From: Vicugna vicugna
Taxonomy: Eukaryota
Assembly (NCBI GenBank): GCA_013265495.1
Contig: MU063123.1
Coordinates: forward strand, 124,001 to 188,000
Direction: 5' to 3'
Length of the DNA: 64,000 bases
Of this stretch, positions 49,533 through 60,914 are shown piece after piece. A program made the position numbers and the translations under genes. The notes under the pieces were generated by a model, which was not told the origin of the DNA, ran no database searches, and saw only the letters and a list, made by a program, of their open reading frames with translations. How positions within the stretch are numbered: the first letter of the stretch is position 1; every line of letters starts with the position of its first letter.

Positions 49533-52500
49533 CTGTCAACTAGTGCACTTGTAAGTTACCAAGAAGTAAAGTTGTGAAGAAGTCTGTCTGTGAATGTGCA
49601 TAAAATAGCAATTAATGTTGTTGTCATATGAAGGGAGTTTAAGAAAGATTGGGCTTTGCAAAAGAAGAACTAGCCAATGAAGGTGGAGTGTTGAATTTCA
49701 TGGTTATATAAAGTATTAGGAGTTATGTGAGGTTGGATGAGACAAGATGTTTATGGAAAAGTAGAATGTGGAGAAGAATTGTGTTTGCCAAAGCTCCAGG
49801 GTGGTATTAATAACCCACTATAGATGACGGAGTACTGTGCAAAGTACGGGTACTCAGTGAAAATTCATTGTCATTCCTCTTCATCTGTTTCAATTAGCAA
49901 GTGAATATCACTTTTGATAATCCTGGTGAAATTTCCGTTGTTTTGAGAGTGACTCCGAATTCTACATCTAAAAACTAGAAAAACCAGGCAGGAAAGGGTT
50001 GGTTTCTTCTTTGCCAGGTGAGATGAGGGGACTACCCAATACCTAAGTGCTTCCTCTTTTCCCTGGATTCACGCTCACCTGAAATTCTGCCCTCGAAGTC
50101 ACCGCAGGCTTCGGCGGCACAAACAGAGCTGATTCCAGGAGGCTTCGGCTAAAATGCATAATGCTTCGGCACATTATCACAGGCAAATTTGTCATCTTAG
50201 CTTGTTGACAGGCATTTGAAAACAAGGGACAATGTGTGGGCGAGCAAGGACATGGTGAGGGCGTCAGGTAAGGCAAGCCTGGGGCCCGGCACTGACTGAG
50301 GGATGTAGAGCCCAGTGTTCTAAGGAGGTGGGACCTGGGGGGAAATTCACCCTCCTCATTGCTTTGCCAGGTTGGAGCTTCGTTTCATTTTCTGTCTCAA
50401 AACTGAGAATCTAGGACAAATACGTAAAAGAAACAAGTTTTTGGTCTAAATGGCAGCTGTTTCCTCTCTAAGTGATCCATTTAAACGTAATCATTGCAAC
50501 TCAAATATTATTTCTTAACCCAAAAGCCTTGGGTTTCTCATATGAATAGAAAAAGGCAATCAATTTGAATAGAATATGAAAGATCATTCCAGACAGGAAA
50601 TTTTATTTTTATTTCTTTGGTATTTCACTGCTCTCACACTTCATAGAAAGGAAAGTGATCCAAAGAAACATAGCATCTTCATGTAACACTTCCCAAAGAC
50701 CTTTTCCAGTCCCCAGGCCCTGTTTCAGAGAAAATCATTGCTTTAAAGGGAGCCTAGAAAGGCCTGGGTTCAGTTGCCTGCCCCATTCACGGGACAAGTG
50801 TCTATACACACAGACGCAAACACTTCTTACTAAACTTGCAAATACTTCAAGTAAAGACCCAAGGAGAGATTAGTAGTAGACTCTTCTTAATTTTCAGATT
50901 TGGAAAGATCAAACTGTCAGGGCTCCCTTCTGCTTGACAAAGATGTTGATTGCTGGGCCAAGGCAAGTCTTTACTCATCATGTACTCACTAAAATATTTA
51001 TGCAAAAAGAATAACAGGTAAGGGAAAATTGAGAAAAATGTTTTTATCTCAAATTTGACCTTCTCACTATTTGTAGTGCTTTTCATTAGTCCTCCCAAAA
51101 AGTGGAAGAGAGGGTTGTATTATAATACCAGTAAAACCAAAGAAATTTTCAAAACTTTATGTTCAATACATTTCCAAATTGGGGCAGGAGGTCAGATTTA
51201 GCTCAGGTTAAAAACGTTATGATATAAATACAAATTCATTACCACTACCATCAGCAGATCACACGTACATTCCAGAGTGTCCAGCAAAGGCCCATGATTT
51301 GTGTTACTACGGAGAATAATAAATCACCGTTGAAGACACAATAATCAAAATCACCGCCACCGTGTAATAGACCGTGATGCACCCCAATCTCTTCCAAACA
51401 TTATTTACAGTTATCACGGGTTGAGGATGGCAAAGCACAAGTGGATATTAATCTTTACTCTCCCAGGCCTGGACCGACTCAGAGTTGCTCCCTCTTAGAG
51501 CCTGCCCGTGATTTCCAGCAATGTGATAAGCTCCAGTTATGTGCGGTCTGTCCAAAAAGGATCAAATATAAATATTTCCAAAAAGAAAGAGTGTTTCAAA
51601 TCCCATCCATCAAAGCCTTTGAGAACTCTGTCACTGTAGCATTCTGGAAAGGACTGCTATGTGAGAATGTGCTCCAGAAAGGAGCTACTGAATGAGACCA
51701 TGTTATAGGAAGAAGTGCAGGGTAGAGGTGAGGGTGGAGACTGGGCAGAGTTAACGCACAGGAAGCTGTCGTAAAGAGGCTTTCCTACTGCAGAACCCTC
51801 GTGCGTGAACTGAAGACCTTCTCTCTAGAGCCTGTCATGTAACTGTTCTTTTTCTCTTTATTTACCTTGGCTTCCTACCTACAGACTAAATGGGTGCTGG
51901 TCCCACAGACATCCAACATATGGCCTCAGGTCAGGGCTATGTTTACCCCTTCTTACTCCCTAGACTTGCTCCTGGAGGTGCCAATCCCACTGTATGCCAC
52001 ACAGATTATAACGTACCCACATCCCACATTAAAGAGTATTTTTTTGCTATAAAAATAAATTTTTAAATTGCAACTTTGCTTTTGAAATTATTCGGCTCTG
52101 AGTAATTTAAATCATGATTGGTGATGGTTTCCTGGCAGCCCTTGGTTCTACACAGGAATTTTTGTAAAGAGAAAATCTAGACATCGGTTTCAAGCACAGT
52201 GTAATTTTTCTTAATACTAAATTTAGCAATTAAAGAAGTGGTGGTTCTCATGTCATGTTCCACACATTAAGGATTTATCCATTTCAATTTTATAGTTTTC
52301 TTTTGAAACAATGCATTTTTCAGTTCTCAAGTATTTTCTTGGCCCCTGAATACCTTGTAAGAGCGTCTAATGGTTTGAATGAGCTGTCCTAAGTCCTGAA
52401 GAATAAGAGCATCGTTTAGGGGGATTCCATTCATTAAACTCTGCATCCCTATGACCTAAGTTCCCCTAGAGCCCTGGTTTCTCTGTGGGTCTCTCGCAAT

Positions 52501-53299
52501 AGAGCACTCAAAACTCATTTAGGTGCCCAAGGAAACGATCCCATGCAGTCGCTGTAGTGATCTGACATGAGGATGGTTCCAAAGACTCAAAAGAATGACA
52601 GTCCCTCATTTGTGCTCCCTATTTTTAAATCTTTTTTTCGATAGACCTTTAACTCTTGAGATGATGGTTTCTCCTGGCAAAGGCTCCACCCTCTTCTTTC
52701 TCGACCCAAGGCCTGCTTTTGAATTTATATCCTGTGTACTGGCTTGGCAGTGAGTTTCCCGAGGATTTAGGTTCTAGGCACAACATTTCTAACCTTGGTA
52801 GAAACTAAGAGAATGTGCCAGCACCTCCTTCTCAGCTCAATTTGGGAGAGTGTCTCTGATTTATCTCCCTAATTTATTCGGAACAGTGCAGAAAGATATC
52901 ACCAGAGGTGTATATTTTAACTTCCCCCTCAGTTAAAACAGGCAGAACTGAGAGTTCTTTGTTCTGCCTTCCTCTCGTCTTTCGTTACACTGGTGGGCCC
53001 CACTCTCCTCTTCTGTGCTGCAGAGGCCCCAGCCTGGATCAGGTCCATCCTCCTTGCTGTCAGCTGTTCATTTGGGTGTGACTGACCATGCCGGTTACCT
53101 CTCTCGTCTTCCAGAGTGTCACAAAAACACCTCCTGGCTTTGTATCACTCTACCCTGCGGACATCGCCACACTCCACCCAGCAATCTTCCCTTCTCAGCC
53201 TGCAGACCCACACTCACACCCAAGACAAGACCTCCTTTCACAAAGCTAGTTCACAATGGCCAAATCACAATAAACATTTTAAAGGTAACCCTTCAATGA

Positions 53300-53720
53300 T
53301 TTCTATCCTGACTTTTAAAACGCTCAAGACAACATTTTTATATTTTATTTTCCCGTGGTTTTCTTCCTACTTCCTGGTCATTCCTAAGAAATCTCTTTGT
53401 CAAACTGTCACATTCTCAGGAGGCCCACCTTAACACCCTATTTACAACTGCAACCTTCACCCCCACCCTCCCAGTGTTCCTGCCCCTAACCTTGTTCTGG
53501 TTTCATTCTTTGGAGTACCTGCCACCTTTTAACCTACAATGTAATTGACTTATTTATTTTGATGTTTTATTGCACATTTAAAAACATCTCCTCACCAGAA
53601 TGTAAGCCTTGTATGGACAAGGATTTTTGTCTGTTTGTTCTCTGATGTAACACAAACATTTAGAACATTGCGTGGCACCTAAGAGATACTCAACAAATAG
53701 TCGTTGAGCAAATAAATGAA
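53300..53720 (+). mobile_element. L2 3' end
   Basis: ccagaatgtaagccttgtatggacaaggatttttgtctgtttgttc...gcgtggcacctaagagatactcaacaaatag...aaataaatgaa. Confidence 0.6.
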
Positions 53721-54821
53721 CAATACTTCTTTCATTCCTTAAGGTGGAGGATTTGATAAAAAAAAAACCTCTCCCAGCTGGTGCTATAATCTCTTGATGG
53801 TAAGTGCTAACATCTATAAACATATCCAAGATATCTCATCTAAAAGTCTTTTGAGACTTGGCTTCCTGGTCAGACTGAAAATGCAGCTATCTCATTAGCT
53901 GTGTAAACATTGCAGATGGAAAAGAAGCCACCATCCAGGCAGAATTTAGTGATGTGTGCTACAGAAATTGGGTTACCTGTGTCTCAGAAGTCTAATGTAT
54001 TGAACAAGCATACTCAATAGGCTTCTTGCTTCATTAGAACATGTTTTGTTTGTTTAATTGAGATTTCACTAATAACAGAAATGACCACAACAGAAGTAAC
54101 AATACATTTATTTTTCTCAGACTGTTCCTCAAAATGTGCCATAGACAACTTACAAATATGGCTGTAAAAGAATTCAAATGAAGAGTGGAAATTTCATCTA
54201 TTTGGCTTTGCTTCAAAAGGCAGAACTAAAACCAATAGGTAGATATCATAGGAAGGTGTCTGAGTGTAAGGAAGAAGGTTCTAACAAGTAGACCTATTAA
54301 GAAATGAGATGGTTGCCTTGAATATGGAGGGCTCCAATCCCTGGAAGAGTTTACCCAGGGGCTGAACACCACGTGCCACGGACACTGTGGAGAGCATCCT
54401 GCCATGAGTGAAGGGTCAGACAGAGTGACCTTGGGGGTCCTTCCTGGGCTGAGAGTCTGTGAGATCATGGGTTATAATGGTCAGTTCCATCACTCTCTCG
54501 TCTTAGAGGATAAGGAGTGGAATGTGACCTTAGCGATCAGTTAGTAACCTGAGGTATGAAAAAAGCGAACAGATGACCCACATTTTCAGAGTGAAAATTC
54601 ATGAAAAGAACATCCATATTTCTGAATCCCATTTTTCCTTCGCATCAGATATAATTAGCTTTCAAAGTGAAAAGTATCAATCAAATGTGAAGGGCAAGGC
54701 AGAAATGTTTCCATATTCTTTCGACTTGGATAAAAAGGAAATAGCTCCTAGCAATCAAAATTCAGTTCACAGAACCCAAAAGTAAGTTGAGATCGGTTGT
54801 AGGGGATAATTAATCGTTTTA

Positions 54822-54963
54822 TTTTATTTTTATTTTATTTTTGGATGGTGAGGTAGTTAAGTTTTTTATTTATTTATTTTTTAATAGAGGTACTGGGGAT
54901 TGAACCCAGCACCTTGTGCATGCGAAGCACACACTCTACCACTGAGCTATACCCTCCCCCCCT
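54822..54963 (-). mobile_element. Camelid tRNA-derived SINE (Vic-1-like)
   Basis: Antisense head (ctctaccactgagctataccctccccc), B-box (gggattgaaccc); probable 11-bp TSD taatcgtttta/tgatcatttta. Confidence 0.95.
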
Positions 54964-56859
54964 TGATCATTTTAAATTGCCTTTCAGAGTAGTCATCAGC
55001 ATTCCAATAAGGAGAAGATGAGGAACTGATAAAGTGAGCATCAGAGGTACTCAAATGAGCAATGTAGACTCACAAGCACAATGCCTGAGAGATCGCTGTT
55101 TCTGGGCTTGAAAAGAGTTGATTCGAGAACTCAAGAGCAATAGCCAGTACCACTAGCATGATGCTTCTCAGTTCAGTGTTTGTAATAGTAGGTATCAGCT
55201 GTCCCTTCTCCTATAAGTTCTTGAAAGAGTCATGAAAATTTTTTTGTTTTGAACTTATAAGCTATATTTGTGTCCCCTTAAATGGTGCATCTATGGAAAC
55301 TTAAAATCAGTTCCAAAATGCCCAGTACCACGGTGGCTGCCACCACTCACCTTGCTGCTCCTAGATGTAGTGACCAGGGTTGGGAAATTCAGAGAGCTGG
55401 GTGTCTTCCAGGCGCCTAGAACCCTTAGTAATCTCCAAGGTGGGAAAACAAGAAGTTGGGAAAGGCTGGAATAATTATATAGAGTTTAGCTTCAGAATTG
55501 GAACGAGCCTATAAGATTTATTTCTATTGCTCTTTACATTCTAGATACTTCTGGGTGAGCCTAACACCACGAGACTGAACTCCTTTAGAATGTTTTCTCT
55601 AGGACATCCCGAGTCTTAAAATTTTTAAAGGTGATTCCTCTTAGGAGGTAGAGGGATTATGATCTACGGGAATGTTTCTCTCAAGGACTAAAGCTCTGTG
55701 ATCTGTGAGCGGGAGACGCCCTGCCATCTCGAAGACTAGCTCTAAGAACGGTGACACCACTGGGATTTTCTGGCACCATCCACTTCACCTGACGTCATGA
55801 ATATCCCTCACCCCCGGTTCTGTAACCCAGGGCTCTCCCACCTCTTCCAGCTGCCAAGCCCCCCAAGGCCCCTTCCGTTGGCGTGTGCACTCTCAGGAAG
55901 GCCCTTCCTCTGTCTCCATCATATTTACATGTCCTCTCTTGAGGTGCTTGGCCTGCAACAGATCAGGTAAATCTAATAAGCTAATTCCAGCTATAGCCAC
56001 TCAGACAGCTTCCAGCTATTTCTCTCATCCAGGATCACAGGGCCGAGCTCTGGTTCTCCACACCCTCTCGTTAAATAAATGAACAGAAACCAGAAGCCAA
56101 CAAAACAAAACTCAGAATCCTCCTTTCATCAAGAATCTCAGTTTAGGGGGCTGATCCCTCCATGGAAATTCTTTTATTGAACCTTTTTGCCCAAGTCTAG
56201 GTGGCCTCATTATACAATCACAGCTGACCAGACCCTCCTGTCTATCTTTGGGGAATCTCTGCTACAAGAGTTCAAATACTTGCTAGGTCCCTAACTACTC
56301 AGGTTATTTAACAGGTTATTTAACTTCTCTGGGCTTCAAGTTGCTCCACGTGCAAGATGGAGAGAACCGTGCTCACCGGGCAGCCTTGTTCCGAGACTGC
56401 AGGCAATGGATACAAAATCCCTTAGTGTAGCAGACACTCATAAAAATATTCTCCGTAATGAGATGTCTTTTAAAAAATGCTTCCTCCCAGTTAGTTGCTA
56501 CCACGCACTCCCGCGTTTCCTCCCTGCCAGTGGGAGACCTGGGTGTGCGGGCTTCCACATCATCTTCCCTCTGAGGTCCTTATCCAACCAGGAGAGGCGG
56601 GCAAGCCTCAGGTAGAAGTCACTAGGACAGCCAGGGAACTGCTCCAATTCCAACTCATGTCACCTCTCTGAAGTCACAGAGAAGTGAGGATGGTCATGTC
56701 GTGGGACAGCAACCAGGGACAATTCTCTCGGGGACTATGAAGTAACTAGAATCCGCTGTCTCTTCCAACTCTGATGGTAGTTCACAGATTCTTGATTAAT
56801 TATTTTCTTGCTAAAACTGATTTTTTGCTTTGGACCTCCAAGATGAACAGTCTAGAAAC

Positions 56860-56990
56860 TACCTGGAGGGAGAAACTGTGTCTTACTCATACTTGTGCTG
56901 CATCTATGGTGCCTGGCACAGGGCTTGGCACATAGTCAGGGGCTAGTAAATGATGGAATTATGAATTGTGACTGATTAATGGATGAGTTA
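56860..56990 (+). mobile_element. L2 3' tail
   Basis: gagggagaaactgtgtcttactcat...gtgcctggcacagggcttggcacatagtcaggggctagtaaatg. Confidence 0.5.
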
Positions 56991-57974
56991 ATAAACGAAT
57001 AAGCTAATGGGCTGGATATGGAGATAGGAGTTCCCTGAACATTTAGCCTCATCTTTTGTGTAAGACAAGGATGAAAACAGAAGGAAAGGTAAGGGGACCC
57101 TGAGTGGAGACAATTCTGAAAAGGAACAGAGGCATCCAGCAGAAGCCGGAACTCGTCACAGCCCAAAGTGGCCAAACTGTGAACAATCCAATTGTCCAAC
57201 TCTGGGGCTCTCGCGCCAAACCCCAATCTCTGCGCCGCCAGGCCTCCTGGGCTCGGTGTCAGAAGCCATGCTGCTGCCGGGAGCAGTCATGCGTGTTCCC
57301 TCAGCAGCTCAGGCCTCACGGAGCTGTGCCAAGTTACCTTCCGCTCCCAGGGCCAAGTCGCTTCATCCAGCAACTCTCCAGACCCCTGTCCCTCACTGAC
57401 ATTTGGGGGATGGCAGCTCCCAGCCCACAGCAAGCAGTTTCAAAAAAACTGCAAAAGCCATTTCTTTTCTTTTGGCTAACGGAGTCCCCAACTGGGTCAG
57501 GGCTACTAGCTGACTATTGATGCATCCGAGTTATTAACTGTTTCTGAGTTATTCTGCCTGTGTTGCTGTGTTTTATAGGGCTGTCTCTTCTCCCTCAGGG
57601 ACACCACAGGCTGCAGCAGGACCTGCCCTCACAGCCAAGCCCAGGCACACTTTTCTGAGGTGCTGCCTGTGCTGTTTTTGCCTTTGAGAATCTTGACTGT
57701 CATCAAGGGCTGAGCAAAGACCACAGTTCCCCAGTTCATTCTCACTTATTCTGGTTCAGCTTTAAAGGTTCTGTTCTTTTTGTTCTGAGGAGTTCAGGGC
57801 TGAAGATCACAAAGGCTTCTGATATGTGGGACCAGTTCCTGTATTGGCCCATCCTGCCTCTGTGGGAGAGGCATTCCCCTGATTTTTAGGGCCAAATCTG
57901 ATCTTGTCCTCAAAGAAGCAAGCAGACCCTCCAGAAGCCACGTGATCATCACGATCACACGCATCTTCTTGGAA

Positions 57975-58195
57975 ACGGTGGTTAGTGGTTAAGATCTAAC
58001 GTCAGACCACCTGGGTTCAAATCTTGCCTCTGCAACTAACAGCTGGGTGACCGTGACCAAATTATTACTTTCTCTGTACCTCCGTTTTCTCATCTGAAAA
58101 ATAAAGATGAGGGCAGTGCCTTTTCCTGGGTTGCTGTGAGAATCAGCTGACTTAACACCTGGCACATCAGTGCTTCAGTGAAGTTAGCTATTATA
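57975..58195 (+). mobile_element. MIR
   Basis: agtggttaagatc...gtcagaccacctgggttcaaatcttgcctctgcaactaacagctgggtgacc...ctccgttttctcatctgaaaaat. Confidence 0.75.
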
Positions 58196-58269
58196 ATGAT
58201 CTCCAGGCCACCACAGTGTCAGGGACTTGCCTAATCCTTCGTGTTGGCTGCTTATGGGAAACACTGAAT

Positions 58270-58450
58270 ATTCTGACCTTGGTTTTGAGGCTTACTAGCT
58301 GAGTGATCAAAGAGAAAACAAGTCTACTTTGCAGCCCAGTTTCCACATCAGTAAATGCGATAACACCTATATCTACACGTTGTTACAAGAATCCAATGAG
58401 GTGATACAAATGGAAATGCTCTGGGAACAGCATAAAGCTACACAACATAA
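58270..58450 (+). mobile_element. MIR remnant
   Basis: cttactagctgagtgatc...cagtttccacatcagtaaatg...aatgaggtgatacaaatggaaatgctctg. Confidence 0.45.
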
Positions 58451-58584
58451 TGTGACGTCTGGTGATTGGGTGAGACAGTCTAGACCAGGTAGTTGATCTG
58501 TTCCTCCTATAAAATTCTCCCAGAAGAGTTTCCAGTACTTGCCCCTGGAACAGTCTGATGCTATGCTACCCTGATAGCAGAGAA

Positions 58585-58748
58585 GTTCTTTTTTTTTTTA
58601 ATTGAAGTATAATTGAAATGTCACATTATTTTAGTTTCAGTTATGTAACACAGTGATTCAATATTTGTATATATCATGAAACATATATACAAAATGATCA
58701 CCATGTAAGTCTAGCTAACATCCATCACCATACATAGTTACAAAATGT
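58585..58748 (-). mobile_element. L1 3' end fragment
   Basis: poly(T), ttaattgaagtataattgaaatg...aaatgatcaccatgtaagtctagctaacatccatcaccatacatagttaca. Confidence 0.8.
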
Positions 58749-60760
58749 AAGTTCTTTAGGTTGCTTTAATTTCTCAAAAATAGCCCTATGAAATCGTGAA
58801 CAAGAATTAGTAATTGCCACTTTATAAGACAGGCAGAGGCCTGATTCTGGTCCAGGTGTCCAGTTAAATACCCTCTTCATTGAGGCCAGATGTTGATCTT
58901 TTCCTTGACCGCAGTCTCCTCATCACTAAAGTGAGGACAGTAACTATGTCTTTGCTTCTGCACTTGTGTATTGCACCCTCCTCCTCCATCCGCCTGTACA
59001 GGGTACATAGTGAGATGCACAGACCCGATGATGTGCTCCAGAGGAAGATGGAAAGGGCTGCTCTGGCCGCAACTCTGCAGGCCCAATGCTGCGCCCTTGG
59101 TCTACTTTGGAGGTCTAGCTGCTTTTTCCTAACACACCCACAAATTAAATTGCTCAGATTACACATTTATGGACGTCATACACCCACAATTACAGACAGA
59201 TCCAAGCAATATATGGGTACCAACGGGCTCCAGGGACCCTGGCAGTGCCATTTCTAGCGTGGTTTGTTTGTTTTCACTCTATCAGTGCCTGCTCGTTGGC
59301 TGAATCCCAAAGTGGTCAACACTGTGAGTGAGGGATTGAGTGAAATTCTCAGTGGATCTAGAATCCTGGGAAGGCGCCACACTGCAAGAAATCTCTGGTT
59401 TGAGTGCTCTCTCCAGGGCCCTAACCCACCCCACCCTCACCACCGACGAGAGAAAAACCAGCCCTGGTGCACATTTTCAGTCCTGCAGAATGTGTGGGAA
59501 CTGCCTGTCCCCATTCATCTCAATGGGAGCAGCATGCCTGCATCTGCAGGGTTACCTTTTCTCTTCTGAGCAGTGAACCAGGAGGAGTCAGAGCCCCCGG
59601 AAATCATGTCATCCCTGCTCCCTGCCTATCCATCTCCAAAACGGTGAAGCAGAGAGGAGAATTGAGCCATGGTCAGCGCTTCACCTCCCACCCCCACCAA
59701 CTCCCCTTCCACATCCTGAAGGTGAATTTGGAAAACACCCAGGCTGAGCCCAGAGCAGAAGTGAGGAGGCCTTCCTGCCCAGAAACCCTGCATCTGGGGG
59801 TCATGCCTCACGTGTGGCTGTTTAATGGGCGGCAGCACCTCCCTAGGCCAGTCTAGTGGCAGCTGGTGTGCGGCCAGTCCTCTGCCAAGCGCACAGGGCG
59901 CCCTGGGCCTCACTAAGCAGCAAGTTGTAGGAGAGGGAACGATACACATGAGGGTGGCTGGAAAACATGAGTGCCTGGGAGAAAAGGCACCTGGAACGAA
60001 AAAGAACTGGAAGAGGGCAGCCTTCCCAAAAGTAAATGAAAGACGAGAACAACCAATGTTGACCGTGAAGAGAGAAACTGCCTTCATCTGCATGCTGCTA
60101 CCAGCACCGCACACCAGGGTTTGGTTTCTGTTTCTCCAATAACCAAGGGGTGGTAGCTAAGGAGGGTTATGAAAGATTTCTATTTTTTGAGCTGGTAATT
60201 GAAACTCTTAAGAATATAACCCAGAGAAGTGATGCAAAAAAAAAAAAAAGGACTAACTCTCATAAGAAATGTTCTTCAAATATGCACATTAAAACAAACA
60301 ATGACATATATATGTATGTATATATATAAATTTCACCTTGAGAAAAAATTGTAGGTCTAGATACACAGATATAAATATTCAACCAAGATATCCAGAAATC
60401 GTGGAATGACCAAGGCCCTATGATATCACCACAGTGAACTATCTGATGGCCACTTAAATGGATATGAATGGAGTCTGTGCTAAACTATGGAAACATGTAC
60501 ATAAATCATGTAACGTGGACAAAAGAAAGCCCAGCGTCATAGCTTGCCCACACAGGTGGGAAACTGTCCATGTACAACTTCAAGCCTTGGGGATAAAGTT
60601 GAGACCATGGAAACAGCTGAAAGTTAAACTTTGCGTTTTCTTTTCTGTCATATATTTATGACAATAAAAATTCTGAATTTATAAAGAGAAGTGAGGATGT
60701 GGTATATAGTTAAAAGAGAATTTGATGAGCCCAGGAAGTGATTAAGAGAAACAAAACTAA

Positions 60761-60914
60761 GGGGGAACTTAAGTGGTAGAGTGCGTGCTTAGCATACACA
60801 AGGTTCTGGGTTCAATCTTCAGTACCTCCTCTAAAAATAAATAAATAAGTAAACCTAGTTAACGCCCCCCCAGATTAAAATAAATAAATAAAAATTGAAA
60901 AAAAAGAGAGAGAG
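60761..60914 (+). mobile_element. Camelid tRNA-derived SINE (Vic-1-like) with a damaged A-box
   Basis: gtggtagagtgcgtgcttagcatacacaaggttctgggttcaatcttcagtacctcc; A/(GA)n tail; flanks agagaaacaaaactaa / agagaaacacactaa. Confidence 0.9.

Noticed and set aside
19773-49577. Long ORFs containing X runs (e.g. 19773-20081, 34433-34672, 44865-45071, 46808-47195, 48885-49577)
   Set aside because: Artefacts of translating through N gaps
50100-50215. Bona fide U6 snRNA gene or ordinary U6 retrocopy
   Set aside because: Lacks the 5' GTGCTC arm, the central ~19 nt, the 3' half, a poly(A) tail and a TSD; kept only as a curiosity in findings
52940-52969. 9-bp inverted repeat AGGCAGAAC...GTTCTGCCT
   Set aside because: Chance-level for this window size; no miRNA-like extended stem
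57104-60142. GC-rich ORFs of 100-162 aa (57104-57520, 58880-59257, 59467-59856, 59626-60114, 59825-60142)
   Set aside because: Mutually overlapping on both strands, Cys/Pro/Ser/Arg-rich composition typical of non-coding GC-rich DNA, no recognisable domains
27560-60914. tRNA genes at the four tRNA-like heads
   Set aside because: Only A/B-box heads without a cloverleaf, followed by SINE body, A-rich tail and TSD; these are SINEs
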